From Torpedo marmorata (lineage: Eukaryota), in assembly GCA_977017645.1 (NCBI GenBank), contig OZ360246.1:20026001-20090000 (forward strand): a DNA stretch of 64,000 bases, read 5' to 3'. This document shows, one piece after another, positions 38,977 to 52,420 of this stretch. The number at the start of each line of letters is the position of its first letter. Position 1 is the stretch's first letter. The position numbers and the translations under genes were made by a program. Under the pieces are notes generated by a model, which saw only the letters and a program-made list of their open reading frames with translations, did no database searches and was not told the origin of the DNA.

Positions 38977-39884
38977 CTGAGACCAACCACACACCATAAC
39001 CCGTTAGTCACACAATGAAGCTCTGACATCACATGCACAGATGCATTTCTCCCCCCACCCCTCTCTCTCTCTTTCATCTACCGTATTTCCTCTCCCGTCC
39101 CCTAACCTCGTCCATTCCTTCCAAGTCCTCTCCCTTCACTTTCCACTCCCATGGCCTCCTCCCCTCTATTGCCCTACCCTTCTCCTTTCTCCTCTTCTCC
39201 TCATTCCCATCCCATGTCTCCCTTCCCCACAAACCTCCAGTCCTCTTCATTCTCCCTCAACCCCTTCCGATCTGTGAACTCAGTTCCACAAACATTGGAA
39301 GCTCTTCAGCTGATGCCGGTTACCTTTTTGCAGTCACGGAGGGACTGTGTCTGACCCCATCGCCCATTCCAGCAGAGTTCTGGAGACTGGAATCCATGGA
39401 AGGACCCCTTCTTCCACCTTGATGCAGCAGCTCCAAAGCTCGCTGTGGGGCCCTCCAAGGGTTTAGTAATGGAGCCTGGATTCCCTGATTCAGGTGACTA
39501 GGCAGATTTCCTTCATGTTTGATTTCAAGAATTTGCCTGGATCCCCCTTTAAAAATGACTAAATTATCCCCATGCTTCATCTTTCCAATAAACTCAGTGG
39601 AATACAAATTAGACCATTTCTGTACCAGTCACTAATTCCACTCCAAGCATTAGCCTCAAATGATCAATGATGTCGACTCCAGCTCCCTTCACCAATTCAA
39701 TGTCTGTTCTACCAAACAGGAAGTTTTGTCAGAAGCTGAAAAGGCTCAAAGCAAATATTGACTTGTCCTGGACCACACTTCTCCATCTAATCTGTTCAAA
39801 TAATCCTGTACAGGCAGCCAATTAGCTCCAAGCTCATCCCAAGCATGATATTGCTTGACTTGCTGGTCTTGACAGGGTTCTTAC

Positions 39885-40050
39885 CTTGGGAGAGAGTGGT
39901 TGATGGGTATGATGACTCAGGCAACTGGTATGGGGGTAAGGTTGGCATTCCAGTGGGTGCAAAACCTCCTGGCAACAGGTGATTGAAAGCTGCCAGCTGA
40001 TTGGCTCCAGCCTGCTTACGCCACCGAGCACGGCGATTACTGAACCATAC
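39885..40050 (-). CDS. pax7: Pax7 coding exon (equivalent to human exon 6): homeodomain helix 3 and following region
   Basis: The minus strand reads tttcag|GTA TGG TTC AGT AAT..., giving [55 protein letters not shown]+G|gtaaga. 166 bp, phase 0 to phase 1. Paired-type homeodomain S50. [10 protein letters not shown] is the Pax7 form (Pax3 has NQLMAFNHLI). Not in the supplied ORF track. Confidence 0.96.
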
Positions 40051-41249
40051 CTGAAAGTAAGAGAAAACTATTACTTGAGTGCAGTGTGAAGATTCGATGG
40101 GGAGCAGGGTCTATACCCTTTGGTTTCCTCACTTGGAATCTCTCAAAGGAACTATTTATCAAGTGTATGGGTCCTTCCTTTCTTTGAATCTACCTTCAAT
40201 CTATAACCGCAGTCACACACAAGGCAACAGCAATTTTCCCTCCTTCCTTTCCATTCTCTTCCTCCATCCAAACGGAGCTTTCCACTCCGCATTTCTGGAT
40301 TTCCCTGCATTAGCTGAATGTGCAGATTCAGTTCTGGGAGTAGTGATCACCCTCTGGCATTCACTGTCCATTTTCTCACCTGTGAGTTAATTAACGGTGG
40401 ACTCTTCCATCATGGAAGGAACAATAATGAACACCGCAACTGGAGCGAATGTAATGTTTGGGAGATTTGCTAAACTAAGTTAGTTTGATGAGGGGCCTGA
40501 AATTCTTCCTCAGATGTACACACTAAAACCAACACAGTGGTTCCTCACCTTCTGGTCGACTTGGTTCCTTTGTCTTCCCTGCATGTGACACTAATGTATA
40601 GACATCTTTTACTCTATGTGTCTGCAAAAGGACTTGGACACATAAAGGACGAAGCTGAGAGGTGCGAGGATATCTTTCTTTTAAAATGGTGGCAAATGAT
40701 GAAATATTGATGTTCAAAGGGATTTGCGTGTCTGCACACAAATTACAGTATCATGCAGGTGTTGCAAGCAATTAGGAAAATTGGGCTCTTCTGCAAGTAG
40801 CTGGAGGATAAAACACACTGCAGCTTGTGCACAGAGTTTGGTGGGATCACACCTGGAGAACTAGATACATCAAGGAAAGGACATGCCTGTCATTTGAGGT
40901 TCAGCAGATTGACTCTGGGTGAGGGTTATCTTCTGAGGAGAGATTGAGTAAATTGGAGCCCTATGGTCTACACTGTAAGAATGAGAGGTAATCTCAATGA
41001 AACCTGAGACCTGAGAGGTTTTGACAAATGTAACAGCTGAGAGGCAACCCTAGTTGCTGGGAGATGAATTGGCCTTTAGGTGAGGACACACACACATCAG
41101 AAATAGTACCTACCAAAAGGACATTCAGCTCCTAGTGCCTGCCTCATCATTCAGAGAAACCATACTTTCTGCACCAACACCATATCCTGGATATTTTAAA
41201 AAATCTATCTTTGTCTTTAATATACATAGCTGGTGACTGAGCCTCCATA

Positions 41250-41768
41250 GTGAGAAGTTTGAGGAGATTCGGTATGTCACTGAAGACTCTCAAAAACTTC
41301 TACAGGTGTACCGTGGAGAGCATTCTGGCTGGTTGCATCACTGCCTGGTATGGAGTTGCCAATGCACAGGACAAGAAAAAACTCCAGAGGGTTGTTAACT
41401 CGGCCTGCGACATCACAGGCACCAGACTTTACTCCATCGAGGACATCTACAAGAGGCGGTGTCTTAAGAAAGCAGCCTTTATCCTCAAGGACCCCCACCA
41501 CCCAGGCCATGCCCTCTTCACTCTGCTACCATCGGGAAAAGGTACAGGAACCTGAAGACGAGCACTCAGCGGCACAAGGACAGCTTCTTCCCCTCTGCCA
41601 TCAGATTCCTGAATCAACAATGAACCATGGACACTGCTTTACTTTGTCTTTTTCTTGCACTATTTTTATTTATTTTGTCATGTGGTTTATATAAATGTTT
41701 GTACTGTGATGCTGCCGCAAAACAACGAATTTTGTGACATGTTCATGACAATAAATTCTGATTCTGAT
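41250..41768 (+). mobile_element. LINE 3' end (DUF1891-type C-terminus) inserted in an older minus-strand CR1
   Basis: Encodes LRRFGMS.KTLKNFYRCTVESILAGCITAWYG...LQRVV...ILKDPHHPGHALFTLLPSG; ends aataaa-ttctgattctga. A sibling 3' end lies at about 59335-59535. Confidence 0.85.
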
Positions 41769-41769
41769 G

Positions 41770-44100
41770 GGTAGAGAATTCCACAGACTCATCAACTTCC
41801 AGCTGAAAAAGATTCCATTTATCTATGTCATGAATGGCACACTCCTTATTTTGAGACTATGGTCCCTTGGTCCAGGGGAAGCACTGTCCTTCCATTTATC
41901 TTGCCAAACCTCTTAAGAATTCTATACATTTTACTGAGTTCACTTCTCATTTTTTTAAACTCAAGGGAGTACAGGCCTTGTCTACTAAAGCTTTCCTCAC
42001 ACAACAATTCAATTCAAAGATCACTCAGCTCCTTCTGTACACCAATCTCTCACAACCAAAACACTCCAGCTTTCTATTATTTTCTATCAAAGTGGATAAC
42101 ATCATCCATTCCACATTATTTTGCAAATGCCATGTCCTTGTTCATTCATTTTGCCCATTGCAGCCCCACCGCAGCCTCTCTGCATTCTCCTCAACGACAC
42201 CCAGCTCTTCAGCAAATTTAGATAATTTTGCACTTGAGCCCCTCATCTAAATCATTGATGTAGATTGTGAACGGCTGACTTCCCACCACTGATCCATGTG
42301 GTACCTCACTAGTCGTCGCCTCGATACAATAAAATGACCTGTTTATTCCTCCTCGCTTTTCTGGTCATTAACTAATCTTACAAGAGCATAAGACATAAGA
42401 GCGGAATTAAGCAATCCGGCCCATCAAGTCCATCCTGCCATTCTATCATGGCTGATTTACTATCCTTTTCAACCCCATTTTCCTGCCTTCTCCCCGTAAC
42501 TCTTGATTTCCTTCCTGATCAAGATCGTATCCGCCTTAAATATCCCCATTGACGTGGCCTTCACAGACGACCACCGCCACGGATTCCACAAATTCACCAC
42601 CCTCTGGGTAAAGAAGTTCCTCCTCATCTCTATTCTAAAGGGATGTTTTTATATTCTGAGGCTGTGCCCTCTGGTCCCAGACCCCCCCCACTACAGGAAA
42701 CATCCTCTCCACATCCACTCTATCCAGGCCTTTTAGTGTTCAATAAGTTTCAATGAGATTCCCCCCTCATTCTCCTAAACTCTATCCACAACAGTATATT
42801 ATTCCTAATAATGGGCACTCTAATTTTGTTTAATAATCTCTTGTACGACATCTTACACAGGCTTTCTGAAAGTGTATCCACTCACTCACCCTTATCTGTT
42901 CTGACGGATACAACTCAAAAGATCTAACAGATTTGTCAAGCATGATTTCCCTTGCTATGATAGGATTGACTATCCTGTTGCCACTTCCTTAATTAGAGAT
43001 TGCAGCAAAATTTGTGTTAGAGATGAAAGGTTGACTGGCCCCTAATTCCTTGCATTCTCTCTTCCTACTTTCTTAAACAAGAAGGTTGCATTTATTACTT
43101 TCCAATCTGTGGAATTTGTTGATATTTGGAAGATAATAACCAGTGCTCAGCAGTTACCTACTTCTAAACTCTCGATAACAGGTCATCACGTCCTGGGGAT
43201 TTATTGCTTTACAGGCCTAGTAACTTCTCTGATATTAATTTTTAACCAATGTTAATTTCTTTGAGCTCTTCACTTACTCAAAGTTCAAAGTTCAGATTTA
43301 TTATCAGGATAAATACATGACATCACACACAACCCTGAAATTCTACTTCCTGCGGGCCAGGCAGAATTTCTATGTATCGGTAATGCAAAAAACTTTACTC
43401 AAGAAAACTCCAGACTTGTTTTCAATATTTTCTTGAATTTCTGAATATGCTTTCATGAAGAAGGACTCAAAATAGTTGTTTAATTTCCCTGTAATTTAAA
43501 AAAAAATTTCCCTAATATAAGTTCTTCAGTTTCAGTCTGCAGGGGACCTACAGTAATTTAAGCGATTCTTTTCCCTTTAAAATATCTGCTGAAGGTTCTA
43601 CAGTCTGTCTTTGTGTTTTTTGCTGGCCTACTCTCATATTCTGCTTTCTCTTTCCTTACAATATCCTGGTCTTCCTTTGCTGAATTCTGAAATTTTATCA
43701 ATCTTCAAGCTTACTGCTCAGTTTTGGCAGCATTATAAGCCATTTCCTTTGATCTGACACAATCTTTAACTTCTCTTGATAGCCATGGCTGGGCCGCTTT
43801 TTCTGGGTTTTTTTTTTGCTTTAAAAGGAAACATATTACTTGCAAACTATGTATTATTTTTATAAATATTAGTTATCGTTTGTTCACTTTGAGGCTTGCG
43901 GATTTTCGTGATTCTTTGGGGCAGAGAGCTGTGGATGCTTGGACGTGAAGGATATTGAAGGCTGAGAGAGGACTTTCAGATTTTAAGGGAATCAGGAGTT
44001 CCTAGGATTGGTTGAGAATATGGAAGGAAAGGATCGGCCATGAATGGTGGAGTAAGCTCCAGAAACCACAACCCCATTCTGCTTTTTATTTCTCATCTTA
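41770..44100. mobile_element. Degraded and nested CR1 fragments, mostly minus strand
   Basis: CR1 3' UTR motifs (42385-42785) and remnants of the VPQGSV region (gatccatgtggtacctcactagt near 42290). Confidence 0.6.
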
Positions 44101-44585
44101 TGTATCCAGGCTACAATGGATCCCAGCTCTTTCTGATCACTGAATAGTCAAATTAGGAATTACAAGGATACTGATCAGGAGTAGGAATCCTGGATGATTC
44201 TTCCCTCCCCTTGACCACATACACTGCAGCCCATTCTAGTACTTCCGAATGCTACCCCAGCTTATTGAAAGAACAGGTTGCTGGGAGGAGACTTCAGACA
44301 GGGCATTGGTAAATGCAGAGTCGAGTACATATGTGGAGCTCAGGCCCAGGCAGGCTTGCCAGTGAGTGATTCCCCGCACAGATACCTGCACACATGCCCA
44401 CACAAGTGAATCCTTCACACCATTAGTAAGAGGTGAAGTAATCCACAGGCTGCAAATTCAAATTCCACCAGATTAGGTTGAGAGGATGAATTTGGTTAAT
44501 CTAGTAGTTTATACTCTGGCTGGCACCTAATTCAATAGTTGTGAGAAAGTTGTTGGATTGTCACTAAGGCCACAAAATAGTTAAG

Positions 44586-44922
44586 TCAATGGCCCAGAAC
44601 CCTGGCTGCTTGCCCAGTATCTTGAGTAAAACACGAAAGTCTGCAGACACTGTGATTGAAGTGAAAACACAATGCTAGAGAAACTCCGCAGGTCAAACAG
44701 TGTACTTTATAGAGCAAAGATAAAGATACATAACCAACGTTTCGGGCTTGAGCCCTTCATCAATGAAACATTGGTTATGTATCTTTATCTTTGCTCTATT
44801 AAGTACACTGTTTGACCTGCGGAGTTTCTCCAGCATTATGTTTTCACTTCAATCACAGTGTCTGCAGACTTTCGTGTTTTACTCAAAATACTGGGCAAGC
44901 AGCCAGGGTTCTGGGCCATTGA
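44586..44922. repeat. Long inverted repeat: 158-bp arms and a 21-nt loop, derived from a PLE terminal repeat
   Basis: 44586-44743 is the near-perfect reverse complement of 44765-44922; the loop is gggcttgagcccttcatcaat. Confidence 0.93.
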
Positions 44923-47900
44923 TCCTGAGGGTATGAGAGTGAATTCCTTTGTGGCAGTTGAGAATTTAAATTCATATAATTAAATAAATCTGGAATTAAA
45001 TTTCTCAATCACAGTAATTAGGAATCCACCAGATTTTCAAAAACAAAACCTTCTGGTTCATTAAATGTTCTTCAAGGAAGGAAATCTGTCATCCTTCCCC
45101 AGTCCGTACTGTACGTCTCTCCAGACTCATGATGGATCTCAGTTGCTTCAATACAGGGACAAAAGTGCCAGTGATGTCCATATCCTACTGTTAATTATAT
45201 GGGTGATGAATTATTTCACGTCCTTTGGGAAGGAAAATTTGCTGCCCCTAAATGGTTCGGCTCCACCCATGAATCCGCTTCCGTGGCAAACTTGGTACAA
45301 ATGGAGATGGACAATAATGCTGATTTTCCAGGGTGACTTCTATCCCCAGGACAAATACATCTAGAAAAAAAAGCTCTGACCTTTGAGGGTCAAAGGTAGA
45401 ATAATGTCAAGTGCAGCACAAACAGATCTGTGTGCAGTCTGACTGAGTGTGTGAAAATATTGACAGTCAGGCCTCAGTATGGAATCGCCCCGTGTGGGTT
45501 AGTTACTTACCGAGGGATGAATCACAGCATTTGGCTGCTATGGGAACTGAGTGGGAAATGGCAAGGCTGCCTCCAAATGAAAATTGACAGGAACAGTTGT
45601 GAGTGTGAGTGGGAGTTGTGTGCCTTTCGCCTCCAGCTACACAGAGATCTTTTGTTTTACAAAAACAGGCTGAATCACAACTCGTTGGATGCCTGGTTGG
45701 GATTACAGTCGGAATCGAAGCCTGGCTTTGCAGCAAAGACTGACGCCTTTTCAAATTAATTTATGACATCCTTAGAAAGTTCAGAGCATAGGCCGCATTC
45801 ATAACAGGATTGGTCTCCAAAATATCCAGTTTGAAGTTAGCACAATTTGTCCAAACTGCTAACCAGAACACCTGGTGAATTCGTCTCTAATACCAGCCGA
45901 CCCAGATCAGTTGAAAAACATACCCACTAATTCAAGGATATAAGAAAATATATCATAGTAAAGGGTGTTTGAATGGGACAGGCACCCAACTTCTCTGCAC
46001 CCATGGTGGCACAGTTAGGTCTGATCTCTGTATAGTGTTCCCTATCACCCAATCTCTCTACACCCTCTAAATCAAGGGCTTGACCGATCCTCAATCTCCA
46101 GCACAGTCCTGGACACTCTCCTGTACCACGGACTCACCCACAATCAGTTTTGTAGCTCCTGTATACTTCCCATTACCATGGACTCACCCACAACCCCCTC
46201 CACTGCTCCCATGTGCTCCACCCGAACATGAACTCGACCTCTCACAGCTAATCTCTTTTTAACACGATTCCATCTCCAGCCACTGTGTATTCTGCTGAGA
46301 GAACTCAGGCAAACTCTCTTGCACCTTCCACAGGTAACTGAGGTGAACTTCAGAAGCACTTCATTTATTGCCCATAACTTAAACTGGTTGCTTCCCCAAA
46401 CAAAGATGAACAAGTACGTAACAGGCAATGGCATTGGTAATTATTCACTGTGGGTCAGAGAAACATTTCTGCAGGTGGTGAATTACATGATAAGACCTTC
46501 CAAGGCTGAGTTTGAGGCACTCCATCACCCATGCATTAAAAGACACATCAATTGCACCAATTCGATGGACAACACCACTGGGTGTTAAGTAGGATCTGAG
46601 CCAAAGGACAGTCCACATGTTGAGAGTCGTGCCCTCAGAAATGTGTCCTCAACTACTGTGATGCACTGCCCTTGTCCATCAGCCTTGGGTCAGTTCTGCG
46701 CTTATTTTTGTGTCATATTGCTGAGTCAAAAACTGGTTCAGACACTGTTGCTAGGATACAATTTAGACCTCGAGCAGCAGTTCCTCAGGCACAGTTGCAG
46801 TGGTTCCTCGGGTCACCTCTGAATCATGGGTGTTGTTCAGAGGTTTAGTCTTTCAGTCCTGTAACTTTAAGTTCAGATGTTTGTGGGGGTTGGGTGGGAC
46901 TTCGGTACCTACATCGAGTTTCACCAGAATTCCTTCCTCAATTTGTCTTATGAGGGCAGCTAGTGTGGGGGTGTAACTTGGAGTAGGTGAGGCTGTAACT
47001 TCAGGTAAGAGGGGTTGAAGATGAAACAACAACGGTGAGCGGTGCAGAGGGAAGGCCAGAGTCGGTGTATGGAAGCTAATTGTGAGAAAACAAACAGGAG
47101 TCTGAAGTGAGTTATTTACTGCAGGTCAACATCAGACACTCCCATCTGCCCCCACGAGATAGATTTCACTACAACTCTCAGCTAGACTGCTGAACCCTGA
47201 CCCTTCCTGTCCACAAAAGCCATCTTCTCTTTTATGTTCTCTTTAACTCCATCCCTCAGAAGGGAAAGTGCTTAGCAGGGAACTCAGGCTCAGAGAGAAA
47301 TCTAGGGTGAACGCAGACAGTGCGTCACCCTGAGGTAACACTAGAGACAACCAGGCCTACACGACAAGGGTTATCACTGTCTCTGTAATCAAAGTCTATA
47401 TCAGATCATGACATTTCACAGTCAGGAGGGGAATAGATTACAAAGTACCAAAAGAACAAACCTTGTGTCTTAGTCCTGGGGGGGGGGAGGGGTGTTTGTG
47501 TGTGTGTGTATAAAAGAGTTGTCGTGCCTGAGCATCATGAGGTCACAGTTGAACATGGACTGAATTCAGGAACTGAGGGTCATGAATCAGTTCCTGAATC
47601 AGTGGTCTTTGTCCCTATCCAGATGTTCATACTGTCGTTCCTCCTCTGAACCTTTCCCACTGGAGCTTCCCCAAAGACCTTGATCATCGGAGGTCTCGTG
47701 TTTCAATGAGGTGACAATCTCACGTCAACCTCAGCACTGTGTGGCTCTTGAGACGTCAACTGTCAGAACCCACCGAGTTGTCACTGTTGCAAGAGGAGAC
47801 TCATAGTGTTGGGGGTTGGATGGTAGACCACGCTACCAGCAGCAGGCAAAGTACTCATAAACCGAAGACGTCATCAGAGGAGCAGGTGCACTTTTAGCCT

Positions 47901-50900
47901 CTTCATTGTTTTCAAGTTTCACTGCCTCAGCCATGGGGTAGTCAGGAGCACTCTCACCTGGGTCAGGAAGTTCCCACTTGTGCAGTGCTAACTGATGCTT
48001 GCACTGTTGGAACTGATATCTGACATTTAATCAAGACCAGGCCTGCACTCAAGTGGACATAAAGCAGCGTGTGACTACTCAAAATAAAATCAAGGCAATA
48101 CTCAACCTTTAATCAACATAAAAAGAATAGGATATCCAGTCAATGTCACATTGCTTCTTGTGGGAACTTGGTGTACACAAACTGACTGGAATGCTTCCTC
48201 CAACAATGAACTTCTCGGAGACCAGGGAAGGTGCTACTGAAATGTAAACCTTTGTTTCCTTTGATTTTAGTCAGGTTTGCAGAGCCTGCAGTCAGGTTTA
48301 CCTTCTCAGGGATTTGTCTCTCTGTATCGATTGTCGAAAGGTAACGCCGGATCTCCCAGGAGGGACTGTGCAGTGGTCTCTGGCGATTATTCAAGGAGCA
48401 ATGACCTAGTATCTCAGTACAGAAAGGTTTACTAATTGGCACAGCAGACTCAATGGGCCGAATGGCCTAATTCTGCTCCTATCTCTTATGGTCCTATGGT
48501 CTTATATCAAAGTGAAATTGCTGAGACAGACTACCTGAGAAATCTGGGGTCAGGTACATTCCTGTCACTGGCCTCACTCTCCCAACCCTGTCCAAGGATC
48601 AGATCCTCTATGACATTGAGCAAGGTCTCAGCATATTCGGTGGAAGAAACATCATGTGGATATGCGGTATGGTACTAAATCCCATCGATAAATAGCGAAA
48701 GAGCCCAGTCTCCAGCCCAGGCCTGACCTCAGATTCTTGACCTCAGTTGAGGAGGGCAGCGGACTGCTCCCAGAGGCTCAGAGTAGGGAACAGCCTGCAC
48801 TCCTGCTGACGAACATTCTCTGATTAGTGCAGACATCTCTGAGGGATTTCAATGATGTCGAATCACTCAGCAGAGGACTCAGGTGAGGGGGAATTGTAGG
48901 ATTGAGGATTGGGGCTTTGTAAATTGTGGAGTGGGGTCAAGGTTTCTGGGGAGACGACCGAAGGAGGGGATCTGAGGAGGCGTAGTTTGCATGCTGAGTT
49001 TGGATACCCACCCTCCAGGGTGGTCTGAGTGGATGATCATATCGAGGGACCAGTGGTGAGAGGGGTTCAGAGCAAGATGAAACCTCCTAGAACATAACTA
49101 ACCAGAGTTGGCAGCCAAGGGAGAAGAGGAGGGAAAGGCAAGGAAAGAAAAGTATTAGAGGAGGAAAAGGGAAGGGGAATGAAAGCGAGATATGAAAGCA
49201 GGGGAAAGTCTGGATGAGTGTTGAACAGAGAGAATTGTGTCAGTCTGTAGAGTCTGGGATTGATTACACCAGGAGCTGAAGATAAGGATCAGCTCCTACA
49301 ATTTGTCAGACAAGCTGGTAAGTGATCTCTTATACAAGGGAGAAGGACCAGCTTTGCTCCTTCCATTGGAGCCTGGCCATTTTATGAAGATGAATTATCC
49401 TCCAGGTGCTGAAGTGTAACAGAGCGCAGCTAAAACCACAGGATCCCACACAGAGGGTAGCAGGCACTATGGCCCAGCTCAAGCACCCCGCCCTTCACTG
49501 CCTCCTCCAACACCACTTCTCACAGGACACTCCAGAGGGCGGTGACACAAAAATAATCACTAAAATAACATGGAACAATACAGATCCGGAACAGGCCCTT
49601 TGGCCCACAATGCCAAATTAAATTAAATCTCTTCTGCCAGCACATGATATTCACATGTCCATCTAAAAGCCCCTTAAACATCTATCGTTTCCGCTTCCAC
49701 CACTATCCTCGGCAGCCCGTTCCAGGCACCCACCACTCTCTATGTAAGAAAACTTGCCCCCATCTCCTTTCAACTTTCCCTCTCTCACCTTCAATGCATT
49801 TTAAAGTCAGTGGTACAGAGCTGCGGATGCTGTAGGGGGGAGGAAGAGGGGACAGTGGGGTGCCAGGAAGGAGGCTCCAGGTTGGTGGGATGGCGAATGT
49901 GGGCACGGAAAGAGAAGGTGAGAAAGAGGGTAGATGATTGGTGGGGATTTGGGATGGAATGGGGAATGGGGAAGGGAGATGAGAACAGGCAATAGAAGAG
50001 GTGGGTTTGAGGAGATTGAGTGAGGTTAAATGATGGGGTGAGAGGGCAGTGTGTTGGGGAGACAGAAGATGGACTGAGGGCGAGAGTTAGAAGAGGAGGA
50101 ATAGGGAAACTGGGGTAGAGGGAAGGTGTGGAGAGGAGAGGAGGAGAGGGAGAGGTTTACCAGTAAGGATGCCAGCACTTTACCTTGGTTTATTATCGGG
50201 ACGGTAAAAAGAGACCTTTTGGGTGGTTTCTTCCAGTGGAAAACATAATGGGCAGCAGACACTGTGACATGGTGCCACCCAATGGATCTCTCACCATTTG
50301 TGCACTCGCTGTAGAGCAGGCTCAGCCTCTTCACTGGGCATCTCAGCTTGGCGAACCTTCACCTTGCATCATGGTGTAAGATGGGTGACAGGGAGCCCAT
50401 TTACCAGCTCTCTTGCTTGAAGCCAAAGGAAATAGAAGTGGACAGACCTGGAAGTTGTACTGCTGATTTAGTACCTCCCAGTTTACACATCTCAGTATTG
50501 TATAGGGGGCTATAGTGTCAAGCAAGCTGACTGGCATCCTAGGACTTTCTTGCCAAATTAATTGAAAGTTGCTCCAGCTCTGAGACCTTTCATTTCTCTC
50601 CCACTCTGTATGGAGTGCTGCGATTACAGTTTTAATGATATATCGGTGTTCCTCGAATATGAGAGAGAGAGAAGAAAGAGAGAAAAAGGTAGAGAGAGAC
50701 ACAGAGAGAGAAGTTGTTCTCACAGACTCTTGACTACAGTATGTGTCTGTCCCATGACTTGGGGAAATGTTTGTGTCACATGGATTCTGCTGTTTAAATA
50801 AATTCATTTACTGATAAATGAAATTAGGGAGTATCGTGATACTCATCTGAACAACTATTTGGTGATGACAATTCCAGTTTTGCTGATAAATTTTCAACAT

Positions 50901-51562
50901 GTCAGGAGCCAAACTCACCCAGCTGATTGAGGCTGGAAGGTTGAACTAGGCTTTGAGGTCACAGTTACTCAGAGAAAGGGATAAAAATATTATTTAATGA
51001 AGAAAATGAGAAAAATCATAATTTCTACAGTGTCTACTGTGACTTCATCATCTGCAAATACTTTATAAGCAGAGGTGTTTTTTATTATGTAGTCAGTGCA
51101 GGAAATGTTTCCAGTAACAGCAATGTGACACTGGCCAAAGTACCTGTTGTAGGTTGAGGAGTATATCTTGGCCAGAGCATCGGGGAAATTCCCCTGGTCA
51201 TCGCTGAAAGAATGTTGAGAAATCATTCATAATTGAATGGATAAGGCTAAAAGGAAGCTGCACTGGCAGTGGTTGCCTAGGAAGGTATCAGGTCTCTCGA
51301 ACCCTGGACCTTTCAACACAGGTGACATTTCAAACAACTGAACCGAAAAGTATGAAGAAAATTGTGAGTGATTCTGCTGTTCCTGACTGGCAGGAAAGGA
51401 GCAATGGAATGGTTAAACTGGGGTGGAGCCATTTCCTGTCCTGTTCTTCATTTGAATGTTGATGAGTTTAGGAGATGGGTGAGGCTGTAAGTGGCCTCAT
51501 TAATAAATTCCAACCACAGGCAAATGGAAACTAATAGTATTTCTGCCTGTTTCACACAGCAG

Positions 51563-51872
51563 CATGCTGTGATCCATGATCACACCATGATCACGCCATG
51601 ATCACGCCGTGATCACGCCATGATCACGCCGTGATCACGCCATGATCACGCCGTGATCACGCCATGATCACGCCGTGATCACGCCATGATCACGCCATGA
51701 TCACACCATGATCACACCATGCTGTGATCCATGATCACACCATGATCACACCATGATCACACCATGATCACACCATGATCACACCATGATCACACCATGC
51801 TGTGATCCATGATCACACCATGATCACACCATGATCACACCATGATCACACCATGATCACACCATGATCACG
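51563..51872. repeat. 11-bp tandem repeat (catgatcacRc)n, about 27 copies
   Basis: Seen directly; interrupted by a recurrent catgctgtgatc unit. Confidence 0.95.
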
Positions 51873-52199
51873 GCTGCCTGAAAAGCTGTTTGGGGGGAAC
51901 CCAACGTTGCTGACAATGAAGACCCAATTTGGTGAAACCACAAATTAGGTTGACATATGCTGTAAAAGGTTGAGTCAGTATTCTCTAAATAAGGGTGTGT
52001 GATTCCATGGTCAACAGATCAGATCAAAGATCTGTCATTCACCAGATCTACTTGCATGTGAACAATTAAAAGAACAATAGGAAAACCATCTCCATCCTCA
52101 AAGTTCTTTGGCCCAGAAAATGTACAAACAGCAAAGCTAAAGAGTTTACAACCATCTATAGCCATTAGGGTTGGTGGATGATTCATCCCAACATTCTCT

Positions 52200-52420
52200 T
52201 TGGGTGGCACGGTTAGCGCAATGCTGTTACAGCGCCAGCAATCGGGACCAGGGTTCGAATCCCGCGATGTCTGTAAGGAGTTTGTATGTTCTGCATGTCT
52301 GCGTGGGTTTTAACCGGGGGCTCTTGTTTCCTCCCACCGGGGGTTGTAGGTCAATTGGGCAGCACGGGCTCATGGGCTGAAAGGGCCTGTTACCGTGCTG
52401 TGTGTCTGTATGTATGTATG
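52200..52420 (+). mobile_element. V-SINE
   Basis: A box tggcacggttagc, B box ggttcgaatccc, V-domain gagtttgtatgttct..gtctgcgtgggttt, CR1-like tail gggctgaaagggcctgtt. Confidence 0.8.

Noticed and set aside
7359-40050. Assignment to pax3
   Set aside because: Diagnostic residues ([35 protein letters not shown]) match Pax7.
47450-49020. Possible Tx1/L1-like remnants
   Set aside because: Only a vague resemblance, with no diagnostic motif I can support.
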